Shown: piece by piece, positions 1 through 12,270 of the stretch
Numbering within the stretch: position 1 is the first letter of the stretch
Layout: each line of letters starts with the position of its first letter
NCBI RefSeq assembly: GCF_964204645.1
Contig: NC_134031.1
Location: 14,619,807 to 14,683,806 of the forward strand
Source of the DNA: Tubulanus polymorphus
Lineage: Eukaryota > Animalia > Nemertea
Direction: 5' to 3'
DNA length: 64,000 bases
The notes under the pieces: model-generated
Told to the model about the DNA's origin: nothing
Databases searched by the model: none
The model's input: only the letters and a program-made list of their open reading frames with translations
Made by a program: the position numbers and the translations under genes

Positions 1-3000
1 TCGGTCAGCTCGGCTCGTCGAGGTTGGAAATGAAACCCGACGTATTTCAATAAATCTACCGCACCGTGGCCGTTCTCAATTTCAGCAGACGTCGATTCCA
101 CTTCTCCATTCAAATCTTCTTTAAACAGACGTTTCAAGGCATTATCCAACTGTAAAAATTCAAATCTCAACCATTCAACAGAAATTTGAAAAGAAAGTTG
201 ATGAACAATCTTTCAGTTTCAGAGCCCCTTTTTTATGGAATCATTTACCAAAAAATGTCAGGGATAGTCCTACAGTTCCTGTTTTTAAAATCAGTTTGTA
301 AAAACTTTTATGTTTCCTAATGCTTTTAATTCTTAGAATGTGAATATCTGCATTTTGATTTATACTACATATAATAATCTTTGGGTTAAATAATTGTTTT
401 ACGGTACATAAAATGCAGTGAGTAAATAGCGCTTTATAAAAGCATATTCATTATCGTAACTATTATCGTCATCATTAAACGCATAGTCTAACTGACAAAA
501 TTCAAATTTCAAATTAAAACTGCCTCCCGATTACAGAAACTATTATTGTAGACTTACCAGTTGAATGAGCCGAGTTATAACAGTTGGTTGATCTTTATGA
601 TGAGTGAGTAGAGTTGAAATGAGTTGTTGTAGTTTGTTCATGTTCTCCTCAGCATCAGCAACTTATATACAAAATAAAATAAATTCGAATAGATACATAG
701 TAAGTGTTAAAGCACAGAACAGAACACATAATCCAGAAACAGTTATCAATTATATATTTGACTTAATTTCACCTTGGATTAATCAGTCTGATAACTACAA
801 GATTTGACTGACATTTTGTGGAGTCCAGGACCCAGTTCAACAGAAAACAGTATAATTTGACTCTAAAAATGAGTTAATTTTCAATGTTTTATTCCAGTCA
901 AATCTTCATCAATAACAATAGAACTGGATCTAGATCTTGTCTGTACGGAAAGTTCTTAACGGTCAAAGCTCAGAATAGAAAATGTCGGGAACTTTTTTGA
1001 CATAATGTTTTGGAGGAACTTGATCCTATATTCACTGTCATTATCTCCTTACAGGTTCCCTACAGATCGGTCAATCCTGGATATAAGGAGTTTTAAAGGA
1101 GAAAATTTCAAGGAATCGTCTGCATCACTTTCATATCCCAATTATGGTAAACTCCTCCTAAATTGGTCTTGTAAGAAAATTTTATCCTTAACACTACCTA
1201 AACACGGTTTTTAAATCAGAAACTGCCTAAATAGGTCAAGAAAATATCTAATTCCCTATTTCTCAAAATTGAAGTTTTTATGGGAGATTTTTCGCAAATC
1301 AAAGTAGTTGCAAGCACCATTAAAAGCATTTTCCATTTGAAATGAGTTTTAAATGAATCGAGGAGTCGTAGCGACCCTGCCTTATAACCTTGTTTTTGAT
1401 CGGTCGCGTTTAATGTACCTTGTTTTCGATCGGTTGGGTTCAACGGGTCCCGTTTGAGTTCGAACTCCGCGACCTTCACCTCGATCTGGTCAAGCGTCTG
1501 GTCGAGCATCGAATGACGTAAAACCGTCACATCGACGAAAACGTCTCGACCGATCAGAATCGCTGCAGCCCAGTTATGAATCGACGCGAATCGATCGTCG
1601 CGACTCAGTTCCGTTACCGCCGAATTTACGGCCGCTGTTACCAGGCAACCGTGTTCCATAGCTCGATAGAAATGGTAGTAAAACTTGTCTAAAGCGTCGA
1701 CGCTGAGCGGCCACAGAAAATACAACACGCACTGAGCACCTGTTCAACACAAACAAAAATACAGTATTTTAGAAATAATAGAAATTGTTTTTCTGGTATG
1801 GAAAACAACTAGTGAGATGAGCGCAAAATGAAAACTATCAGGCAGGACCCGATTGCAAACAGTCTACAAAGTTTGCCTCTTCAGTTCAAATCAGTTTTTA
1901 ATCATTGATTTGAATTTCATCTGTGAAAACTGTGAAATCTGGCGCTGTATTTTCTAGCTATTTGGACCCAGTTCCGTTTAAGAGGTTAACTTAACCAACA
2001 CTGTGGACCTGGGCCTGATTTGCGCAGTCATGACTTCAGCCCAAAAATGGTCTAAAATCTTAAGACTGGCATTTAAAGTTGTTAGATTGGCTACAAAACT
2101 AAATCGGTCTTATAGACTGGTCTTAAGTCTAAGCCGTGACTACCACCGGCCCCTGGGTCTCTAGTAGTGACAACTACCGGTAGTTTAAAATAAACTTTTG
2201 ATCTGAAAATATGGGCGAAGTTTTGGAAATAACATTATAAATCAAGCAAAGAAACTGGGACTATAATAACATTTTGTAAATTTTTTCGGAGAGGGAATCA
2301 GCAGTAGCTTTGTCACTGCGTATGTGTATTTGGGAAATGAGTTAAGCATCCCGAATGAAGTTTTCTGAATGTTTTTTTCTTAGATTTCTACTTTAAAGAT
2401 TGACGCACACCAGCTCACCGCGATCTTGACTATCTAAGCAAGTATAATTCATACTATATGAAAACCAAAATCCATTTTAAGCATTAAACGTTTAGAGAAA
2501 ATGTAGCTTCTTTGAAAGAATGACACACCAATCACGCGTGAGCCATATTGTCTCAAGTCACCCCAATTTACGGCAGTTGTACTGGGACTACAATAGAATC
2601 CTGGGCCCGGTTTTATAGACTGGTATTACCTTTAACTCAATTGAAAATGAATTAAGTTAGCTCCCAGGTTGAGCATTATGCTAGTCTATTAAAAACCGGG
2701 CCCTGGTGTAGAATTTTGCAGAAGGGGGAAAACCGATTCTAGGACAATTGCCGCCCGGACAACTGCCCCCCGGACAATTGCCCCCCCCCCCCCGAATAAA
2801 ATCCTTTTTGATTTGGATTAACACCACCTAAATACTTTACTTAGAAATTAATTTGTATATTACTGAATATAGATTTATAACATATAGAATTACTGATGTT
2901 GTGTGCAGATCAAAAATTTTAAATCAGTCCTTGTGTAATTATAATTCACTTACCAAATTAAAGGAAACTTAATAAGCCCACTTATTAGTGTATTAGTTAA

Positions 3001-3206
3001 CGTTGGCTAATTTATTGGAATTAGTTTTAGTGTTACTTTAGCCAATCAAAATCTTTAAAGCAGTCCTAGAGTAAATAGCTAGAATTAGTTCACTTTGTCT
3101 AATTAATTTGAAGTAAACATCTGTGTTACTTAACGATTAAAAAGATTTAACTTGGGGGGCAATTGTCCGGGGGGATTGTCCTGATACCGGGAAAACCAGT
3201 AGTAGC

Positions 3207-3239
<33 letters not shown>

Positions 3240-6200
3240 TGTACCTGCTGCTATGAATGCACTCGGTAATAAATAACTTTGATCGTCTGATGAATTCTGA
3301 AGACTCCACGCCGAACTGAGCACGATTAGTTTCGCCGTAGTTTTCGTTTTAATCAGATCGTCGACGGTGACAATGTAACTGATCTCCGAAGCCGGATTCG
3401 TCAGCTGTTGATTCTCGTTCGGAGTCAGCACCAGTAAACCTTCCTTTAAACATCCAAACGTAGCTGAAATAACAAATCATAAAACCATGAAGGATTTGCA
3501 TCCGACTCATCTGACAAGGAAATTAGTTCATCTTCAATGTTTTAACTCAAACTGCGGAAGTTTTCGTTTTGCCAAATTAAGTTTTATCATCAAATATACC
3601 AATTCAAGAATACAGTATATATACACTAGCAAAGCATCAATCTGACATTTTATGCAGTGTTGAATAGTTTTACATAGTATATTGGCGCGATGTTTGGAAA
3701 TATAATAATTCCAAAGAGTTAGTTACGTTTGATACGGGTTAACCCTTTCAGTGCGTCTACACCGCTGTGCGGTGTGTGAATCGGTGATGGATTTTGCTAG
3801 TATACCGCACTGCGGTGTATTGGTGTAATTAGTAATTAGTTTTTATCTCTATTGAAAGATGGCAGCACCTGTCAAACGTAGTGAAATATTAGTAATTAAC
3901 GATATACCGCGCCGCGGTGTAGACGCACTTTAGTGGTATTCGCGTTATTCAACACACTAGGGTGGAATTCCTCTAAAATTTTCAAATTATCTCCAGCACT
4001 ATAGGGTATTAATTAGTCAGCACTGAAAGGGTTAAGGAGGTTGTTTTCTGTACACAAGGGGACAGGGTAAATATTCATTACATTCAAATTTCAACAGTGG
4101 AAGTGAATCCTGGATTAAACCAATTAAGTTGTCCTCATTGAAAACATGATATAACCAATAGCGATTAAACCAGAAATTTCCCTTTGGATTTCTCGATTAA
4201 ACTTTTGAAGTCTGTGAACAGTGGAACCAATCCTGGGAACGGAACCAGGGCCCAGTTGCACAGTTGTGACTTAAGTCCAAAAGTGGTCTTAAATCTTAAG
4301 ACTGGTCTTAAGTTGTTAGATCAAGTATCGAACTTAGTTGGTCTTAGACTAGTCTTAAATCTAAGTCGTGACTATGCAACTGGCCCCAGGCTTCTGTACT
4401 GGACGGAATCCAGTACTGAACCGGGCTCTTGTACAGGACAGGATCCAGCACAGGACTGGGCTCCTGTATCGGATAGGTTTCTGATACTGATACTTACTGA
4501 TATGAATTAATGAAGCCGATTTGAATTCTTGAAGGAATCGTGATTTTGTAGCCTGTAAACCGACGATCGGTTCTACGTTCAGATAGGAGGATACTTTCAG
4601 TAATTCCTGTTGACCGTGATCTAATTGAGGTCGCTGTTTACAGTTCCACGGTTTACCATGTAACATAACACTAACACAGGGAGACGAGGAAAACATACAT
4701 GCAGGTTAATAAAACAAAAAATCCCAGGAAGGGGCGGGCGGGTACTGTGGAGGGGTAGTAAACGGTTTTAAATGTCGTCAGAGACTACTGGGTCGGTATA
4801 GTGTTGTGACTGGAGTAGGAAATTTTCAAAAATAATTCTAATGATCACGGGAGATTGTTTTATATCTAAAGAGATGGGAAAATTAATAGTTCTAACATCA
4901 GACGGTCCAGTGTATGATCAGGGGGGAGGGAGGGGGCTGCAGAGGGAGGGGTTTACCTGTCTGGTATTAACGGATTACCAATAACTACGGCTCTATCTTT
5001 ATCGCTGCACTGTCTAAACTGTGTTACGAAACTATTCGATGAAACGATGTCTGTATTTGTGGCAGTTTTAGTAGCGATCGTCGTGAAAGCATTCGCTCCG
5101 ATGAACCGTGCAAAACCTGCGGAAAACTTCGGGATTCCTTTATCGTGCCACCGTCCGGTGTCTCTCAGGCGCCGTACTGGTCCTTTCCTCAGCGGCGGAA
5201 TTCCTCCGTTCTTCTTTAACCGCGGTCGGTCAATTGTTGATCTGACCAGTAACGGGTTTGATAAATTTCTCAAATTATTAATTCTTGATTTCATGGCAGA
5301 TTGCTCTGGACTGCCGCACATAGCGGTGGCCCCCGGCTCGGGACTGCGGCCGATACTCGCGAGGTTAGAGTAATTATTCAGACCGCCGTTTTTAACGCAG
5401 TTTCGTTCGAATTCTAAATCATCCATGATTTTCAGTTGATCGAGTTCGTTAATCGTAACTTTCTCCAGAACGGATAAACTTTGACAATACGTGATGCGAA
5501 ACCGTTCGGAGAGTGCTACATTACTCCAATTGGTTATCGCGTGGAACGGACACCGTGCCAGGACTCCATCCGGAATTATCACCAGTTGAGAGCCATCTTT
5601 TAGCTTCATCAAAATATCTCCGACCGATGAAAACAACAAATCGAACAGACGCTTCTCGATCGGTCGTTTGCTGATCTCTCCACCAGAGGGCGTCGGCGTC
5701 CCTTTTGTCTGTTTGTCTTCATTTGAAAGTTGCGAGAATTCTTTCTGTTTGTTGTGAAGGTCGGCGTGTCGCCGTGGTAACGAGCGCGATTCGTAGTTAT
5801 ACGCGTCGAGGAATCGAGGACTCTCCACGAATTCACCGATCAGTTCCACGATCGATTCTGTCATCGTTTTACCGCTTTCCGACTTCGTTGAGTAAAACCT
5901 AACGATACCGCGACCCGGCTGCAATAACCATAGCAACAAGCGGAAGCCGGTAACGGTGTAGTATATAACGGTGGCGCTCTGTTGATCGACGACTCGAAGC
6001 AAGCGGTTTAACGACCAGGAATCGAGGAATCGGGAATCGCGATCGCTTCGAATCGTGTTCAGATCGATTAAACTCGACGTGAGGTTGACGATTTCGCCGA
6101 CGTCCGTGATCACCGTCTGCTGACGCGCGGCCTCGGAGTAACGCAGCGTCTCCTCCGGAGTTCCGATTTTTGACAATACGAGCTGTATCCCGGAGTAACA

Positions 6201-9200
6201 CTCGGCGAGTTGTAACAGCGTTTCCTCGCTGCAGTATGACTCTTCCTCTTTCGCCTGCGCGATCTTCGCCTCGAATATCGGGATCAGTTTCTCGAACAGT
6301 TTTCGCCCGCGTTCCAAATCGAACACCTGCGTCGAATGCTGATCGACGGCGGCCATATTGAATTCGCACGCCAGTTCTAAATCGTTGTATTTCTCGTCTC
6401 GCGCGACGAACAACGCCTCATCCAGATAATGCGCGGCGTATTGAAAACGTCGTTGTTTACGATACGCGATTCCTAATTTCAGCAATGCGTTACACTTCGT
6501 CCTGCGGTTACCACGACGACGGCCGCAGTTTTTCGCGATGTTCGAATAGATGTCTAAAGCGGAGTCGATATCGGAACGCATCATGAAGGCGTCCGCTCGC
6601 TGCTCGAGGGCGTCATTTATTAACCCTTCATCTCCGATACGACTGCACACGTCGATCTGCTGCTCTAAATACGTATCCGATAGTTTCCAGTGTTTCAGAT
6701 GGGCGTAGATTCCTCCAAGGCAGCCGTACGCTCGAGCTGTTCCTCGCGAGTTCTCTGTCTCTCGACTCAAGCGCTCGTACTCGCGATACTCGGCGATCGC
6801 TCGCTCGAAATCTCCGAGAATCTCGTGCAGCATGCCGATATTATAATGCGAATCACGGCGTAGATTCTCATCTGAAGAATCGTCATCTGATTCCTCGTCG
6901 AGAAGTCGCAGATACTCGCGCGCGTTTTCGAGCGCTTTATTCATGATTCCGATTTTCTTGTAACCGATGCTTAGATTCAGTCTCAACGCACGTCGTAACT
7001 GAATCGTCCAGAATCGAGGTAACGAATCACCGCCGTCGCCCGTAACTTCCGATTCTAAATCTTTAAGTTTCTCGTAGTAGAACACGGCCTGTTCGGTGAG
7101 GTTCTGTTCGAGGTACAAACTGGCGATACTGACGAGTGATTTACACTGGTATTGAGGGTCGTGCGCGGCGAGGGCTAGTTTATAGCACTCCTCGTAACGA
7201 GTGATAGCGAATTGCGATTCGTCGAGCGCGCTGTGAGCATTCGCGGCTGTCAACAGAATCTTCATCGCGATTCCTTTCTGATTCGTTTCTAAACGTCGAG
7301 CGCAGCTGAGAACTTTTATGCATAAATCGTATTTTTTCTCGTGAAATAAATAACAACCGACTTCGGTCAGTTTACGGTACGCGTCCATTTCTAGAAAATA
7401 AAAACAATTTCACAATTTTATTGATATAATTCAAGAAAATTCTCAGAGTTTAGTCTAGATACACTACACTGCACTTGTTGGCTGGGCTGAGGTGACGTCA
7501 TTTGTGTGGCCATGTTTCTCAAGACCCAGCTGAGACAAGGCTTGTTGTCTGGGCTGGTTTAGACTTTAGAAAGGCCAAGCAATCATAAGATTATTGCAAG
7601 GCGGGTTCTAGCGTTTGGCAAGCAGAGTCCGGGGCATGTTGCGATGATACAAGGCAATCCACGTTCAAATTCATAAAACCTCGCTAAGCCTTTCTTTCCA
7701 TTAATACTAAACGTATATTTTAACTACAGAGTCAGTGACCGACTAAGTTAGTAGAGCATTTATGAACAAAGGCAGCAGTCCGTAGCAAGCGCAGTGTACT
7801 GTAGGTCATATATTTTTCTGATCAGGATTCTTTAGAAATAAGATCAGAATAATTTGGAAACAGTTGTTAATTTGAACTTCAAGATTATGTCTATGTTTTG
7901 AATTACGAAGTATGAATTACGAATTACAAATTACGAAGGAGCGGTGTGGCCGAGCGGTTAGTGTTCGACTCTGGGAAGCCAGGTCGTGGGTTCGAACCCC
8001 GTACATTGCCGTAGTGTCCTCGGGCAAGACACTTATCCTCATTGCCTCTCTCTTCCCAGGAGTAAATGGGTACCTGGCCTGATAAATGACTCCTGAGCGT
8101 TTGTTAGCAGCTCGGTGTTACTTCTCCCCAGGGAGAGATGACTGATACATGTAAGAGTATAAAATTGGCCGGGGTAATAATATCGAAAAATGTAAAGCGC
8201 TCTCAGCAGCCTGGCTGGATTTAGCGCTATATAAGACACATATTATTATTATTATTATTATTATTACCTTTTAATTGATTAACTCGATCATCACTGATAG
8301 AACAGAGATTACCGGTGAGAACCAGTATATGATCGGTTAATAATTCTCCGTTATCCAAATCTAGGTCGAGCGCGTTGAGAAATGCTAGAATCGCATGCTG
8401 ACTTTTACCCAAATAATCGAGAGTAACTCCGTGCAAATAGTGAGCCTAGAAAATTATAATATACATCGTTGAATATAGGAGTCGCCACCGGACACAATAC
8501 TCAAGGCCTGGTTTCACAAATGCAATGTAATTTATTTCATCATCAATTAGGCCTATAATTACAAATAAAAAGTGTATAGCAAATAAGTAGATTGATGATG
8601 AGGGACCTGAACAGAGCCTTAAAGGCTGTACAATCACTAGGACGTTCAGGCCCCCTAGAGAAAAAAAAAAGAAGAAGAAGATTGATGGTAATGATAACAA
8701 TAGTAATGCTAATAATAGTAATGCTAATAATAATGCTAATAATAATGATAATAATAATGCTAATAATAATAATAATGCTAATAATAAGAATTAAATATGA
8801 TAGAATCTTGCTGACCTGCGGTTGACTGGCGTTAAAACTAATCAGAGTTTCGGCGTCTTTAAACGCCTGTTGATAACTCTTAGTACCGAGATAAGCGGCG
8901 CATCGAGATTTAAGAAGGTTTACGTTCATTTCGTCGATTTCTAAAGCTTCGGTATAAAATCTGACGGCGGATTCATAGTTTTCAGCATTCATACATTCAT
9001 CACCTTTCTTCTGTAGTAATCTCACCTAGGAAAAAAATTAGGTATGTTTATAAGGTCAGATACCAACTGATACTAAAACTCTTACCCCACTAACCCTACT
9101 CTTTATTTGCCTCTCTGAAACCAAACCCTTGTCTTCCCCATAGACTGTACCCTGTGAACCTTACCATCTTATCATGCCCTATTGAGTGACATTGTGATCA

Positions 9201-9975
9201 CCGCCAAAATCTTTTATCGTTATCTCTCTAGGGCTACTCTACTATAATCGACCGTTTTTATCATTAAACATACCTAATTATCATTAACACACCCAAACAT
9301 CTTCATTCAGCTTTCTATATAAACACTCATATTTCTGTGACCTTTTATTCATGTGACCTCTGAGCTCTAATCTTAATTATGTGACCTCAACCTCTAATTG
9401 GTATGACCTCTAATTGGTGTAACCTAAGCGGCGGATCCAGGGGGTGCACAGGGGGCACGTGCACCCCCCCTAATGTCCTCGCTAATTTTTTACGGACTGA
9501 CCTTTTCGTGAGACGGAAGACAAGCATGTGAAAAATCCCTGAAAATGCGTAAACTGATGTCGTCGTTTACAATAACCAGCGCTTTTTTATATCGTTCATG
9601 AAAGATGTGAAAATCAATATTTATATTGCGAGTACTCTGGTCATGCCCAGAACGCATCTAATCTTTTATGGGGGAGGACCCCTAGACCCCCTATTTGCAT
9701 TTGTACACCCCTCCATGGAATCCTGGATCCACCTCTGAACCTCTTATCTGTGAACTAATTCAAGCGACTGTGATCATGTTTACCTCATTGATTTCCTCGG
9801 CTTCGCTGATAATTTCACTTCCGTCGCCCTGTAAACTGTGACGACTAAAACTACCGGACAGGGATGGGTTGAAACTGCCCGCCGCTGCTGTCTGGCCTGC
9901 GGTTGAGGGAAACAGACCTCCGGAGGAAAGACCTGGATTCATATTTCCTAACGCAAACTTTTCTAACACTGACAT
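1..9975 (-). CDS. TPR-repeat + CHAT-domain protein, TTC28-like (3' end runs off the window)
   Basis: Phase-consistent GT-AG exons: 9975-9784, 9025-8816, 8445-8268, 7390-4957 (2434 bp), 4670-4498, 3463-3245, 1739-1419, 661-558, 149-<1. TPR arrays (YESAVRFYTEAL, ARAYGCLGGIY). CHAT motifs LVIIPDGVL..CPF, AVVIGNP, LIHITTFG, LIVLSS, AFIAAGAQCVLYFLW, NWAAAILIG. The last exon (LLKYVGFHF) resembles the TTC28 region after CHAT. Confidence 0.88.
2734..3189. mobile_element. Non-autonomous DNA transposon with GGACAATTGCCCC subterminal repeats
   Basis: Inverted ends CGATTCTAGGACAATTGCC...GGCAATTGTCC...CCTGATACCG, flanked by the direct repeat GGAAAAC (2727-2733, 3190-3196). Confidence 0.65.
3743..4031. 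mobile_element. piggyBac-type MITE
   Basis: TTAA on both flanks; perfect TIR CCCTTTCAGTGC/GCACTGAAAGGG; internal palindromic ACACCGC..GCGGTGT repeats. Confidence 0.85.
4249..4386. mobile_element. PIF/Harbinger-like MITE, representative of the most abundant dispersed repeat group in the window
   Basis: TIR GGCCCAGTTGCA/TGCAACTGGCCC with CAG on both flanks. Related copies lie near 2010, 2600, 14935, 23240, 28950, 29720, 35630, 38060-38430, 38850, 43690, 48150 and 53050. Confidence 0.7.
7462..7801. mobile_element. Tc1/mariner-type MITE
   Basis: TA-flanked inverted ends CACTACACTGCACTTG...CAAGCGCAGTGTACTG. Confidence 0.6.
7938..8266 (+). mobile_element. tRNA-derived SINE with CORE-like body and L2-type tail
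   Basis: Pol III A box TGGCCGAGCGG and B box GGTTCGAACCC; CORE-like GTGTCCTCGGGCAAGACACTTA; 3' TGTAAAGCGCT...GCGCTATATAAG followed by (TAT)n. Confidence 0.85.
9426..9737. mobile_element. hAT-like MITE with 5-bp TSD
   Basis: Ends AGCGGCGGATCCAGG...CCTGGATCCACCTCTG; direct repeat AACCT on both flanks. Confidence 0.7.
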
Positions 9976-10216
9976 CCTACAAATAGCCTACATAATGTAT
10001 ACAATACAGTACTCGTCGTAATAAATATTGATTGAATTTGATTGATTTGGTCGTAAACGAACCTATATTTTTCGTTGATTAACCATTCATTAAAATCATT
10101 AATTATTCAGGTTATTCTTTTAGAAGTGTTTGGTCAGTTATTCCAGTAAAATCCACTTGTCATATTGTTTTTAAGCGACAAAAAAGAGTGTAAAGTCTTT
10201 TTTTAATAGTCAATAA

Positions 10217-10231
10217 GTTGACATTAGCAAC
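10217..10231. promoter_or_regulatory. Candidate RFX X-box upstream of the TPR-CHAT gene
   Basis: GTTGACATTAGCAAC fits GTNRCC(N0-3)RGYAAC with one mismatch, ~240 bp upstream of the ATG. Confidence 0.4.
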
Positions 10232-10513
10232 CCTGACCAGGTGGCAGCACCAGCTGATCAGCCCTCGCTTGCCACAGCTAATTCTTGCTAAAAAAAACGG
10301 GTATTGTGGACGGGCTGATGGTGCGGGAGTGATTGGTCACATCACGTCTTATTGCAAGGTAAATATCAGCGGTTAAATGAATGTTTCACGTGTTTTTGGT
10401 TGTTCAATTTTAAATCTATAAGTCTATTTATTCTTATCTTTTTGGGATATTTCGCTTAATTTTGGGTGTGCAGAGTCCGAAATTCGATTTTCTATTTCCC
10501 TTAATAGCAAATT

Positions 10514-10797
10514 CAGGCCCGTGCCGAGCTTTTACGGGGGGCGTTTCTATTTCATGAAAAAGGGCATTATTTCATCATGAAAAGGGCACTTTCTAATCGA
10601 CGAAAGACAGATCTGAAATATGAAGTTCCCCGTATACCTGACTAAATCATTTAAGAATGGATTATTTTTCATTTTCCTAAAAACCATGAAAATTGTATCT
10701 GAATTTCTAAAGGTCTTGACCCAAAACTGACTTTGAAGGGCACTTATTGAAAACTTTGGGTGGAATTTGATCGCTATCCGCGAACCCCACGGGCCTG
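10514..10797. mobile_element. hAT-like MITE with 5-bp TSD
   Basis: Perfect TIR CAGGCCCGTG/CACGGGCCTG; direct repeat AAATT on both flanks. Confidence 0.75.
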
Positions 10798-11056
10798 AAA
10801 TTATCCATTTGAATATGAGTTTCATCAAAAAGCCTGACAACTGTCTCTACAGAGAGTCCAAGATATCTTCTGATTTTTGATAAATAGATTTGTAAGTTTA
10901 AGTATAGGCTCGACATAGTGTTAACGAGATTAGTTACAGTTGATTAATCGTAATTAATTATCGTGTCACTCATTAATTTATTTGCAATAACCCTGCTCAC
11001 TCAGTTCTCTCTAATCAGTCAGTGTCAGTCTGCCTATAAATACTGTTGTTTTGCCA

Positions 11057-11112
11057 TTGATACTCATTCACCTGATGAAGCTACTATGAATTAGCGAAAG
11101 CTCGTGCGTCAA
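11057..11112 (+). ncRNA. Minimal type I hammerhead ribozyme in a Penelope-like pseudo-LTR
   Basis: Stem I CAC (11069-71)/GTG (11104-06); core CTGATGA (11072-78); stem II GCTA/TAGC; GAAA; palindromic mini stem III AGCT; cleavage after UC (11103). TATAAATA upstream (11035) and AATAAA downstream (11112). Confidence 0.7.
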
Positions 11113-11244
11113 ATAAACTAGTTAACCTCTATAATAGTACTACTCGTCTCGTTATCTATTCTAAACCCGGTTCAACACGGCTACGAATCTGCACTTTATA
11201 GTGGCACTTCTCTCCCCACGGCTATTCTACTATTATGAGTTGTA

Positions 11245-12270
11245 TCAAGGTTGTATCGATTTGCTGTTCCTTCCATCAGCCGTTATTCTACAAGTGAGTT
11301 TCTTCAACGTCTGATAAAACTGTTTATTCACGGTACAGTAGAGAATGAAATTAACGCAAGAATCTAAATCGCTGGTTATGTAGGCGATATCCATAGCCAA
11401 CTCCCAGATTTTCGCGTTGGGCAGAGCGTACGAACGTACTTTCGAAAACGTTTCGGGCATTTCTAACAACAAGAACGTGATACTCATCGATATAACCATC
11501 CGCGTAGCGCGGGAGTCGGCCTTCAGCGACTGATGCCCTCCGGTGCTGCCCCCTAGCTGTTTACGTTGTCGAAATTTCACGTACAACGCAAAGATTAACG
11601 CCGTATTTACAACAAGGATGATGGCGCTCGGAACGATCAACCTTAAAACAGGGTCTAACAATTTGTTACATAAGAAATAAACATCCGGGTATCTGGATAC
11701 GATACGATACTGCGGCCCGTGGCACGGGTCGTTGTAATCGACTATTCTAACGGTCAGCGGGAAGTAAAGAGACCAAGCGAAGAACAGTAGCGTCGCTGTC
11801 GCGATGATTCGATTCATGCGTGTTTTCGTCCACCATCGACTCGCTTTTAAAGGGTATAAAATGGTCAGCAGTCGCTCCAACTGGATGAGAACGGTTAACC
11901 AATTACGCTCGTACATAAACCCAAACCGCAAAACGCGAGCACCATAAGCGTACATTCGGGGGTACACGAAAAACGGCGGTATGAAAACTTGATTTCCGTA
12001 ATTGATATAGAATATGAGATATCTGAGCGTGTCCGCGATAAAGTGGCTGAACAGGAGACTGATGTCGGCAAACGCGAGGCATTTTAGCAAATGTATGGAC
12101 GGGTGGGTCGACTTCAAGTGGGTAAAAATAGCGATTATCAACGAATTCATGATCCATCCCGCGATTAGTATAGGAGTCAGAGCGAATATATTGATGTAGA
12201 ATCTACCGGACCATTCCCCGTATCGCCAAGCGCACGCCTCTTCACGGGTTCCGTTTACGAATTCAGGCAT
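11245..12270 (-). CDS. Intronless rhodopsin-class GPCR, FMRFamide-receptor-like orphan (~341 aa)
   Basis: ORF 11245-12282 with first ATG at 12270. Seven hydrophobic segments; LAFAD (TM2), RNWL..LERL (DRY variant), LEMP (TM6), DSCVNFILY (NPxxY variant); N-terminal NGT sequon. Confidence 0.9.
   Translation of the reverse strand: MPEFVNGTREEACAWRYGEWSGRFYINIFALTPILIAGWIMNSLIIAIFTHLKSTHPSIHLLKCLAFADISLLFSHFIADTLRYLIFYINYGNQVFIPPFFVYPRMYAYGARVLRFGFMYERNWLTVLIQLERLLTILYPLKASRWWTKTRMNRIIATATLLFFAWSLYFPLTVRIVDYNDPCHGPQYRIVSRYPDVYFLCNKLLDPVLRLIVPSAIILVVNTALIFALYVKFRQRKQLGGSTGGHQSLKADSRATRMVISMSITFLLLEMPETFSKVRSYALPNAKIWELAMDIAYITSDLDSCVNFILYCTVNKQFYQTLKKLTCRITADGRNSKSIQP

Noticed and set aside
5047-6369. 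Overlapping and antisense ORFs inside the large TPR exon
   Set aside because: Shadow ORFs of GC-richer coding sequence with no recognisable motifs.
7938-8010. tRNA-like sequence
   Set aside because: No proper cloverleaf; it continues into a SINE body and tail.
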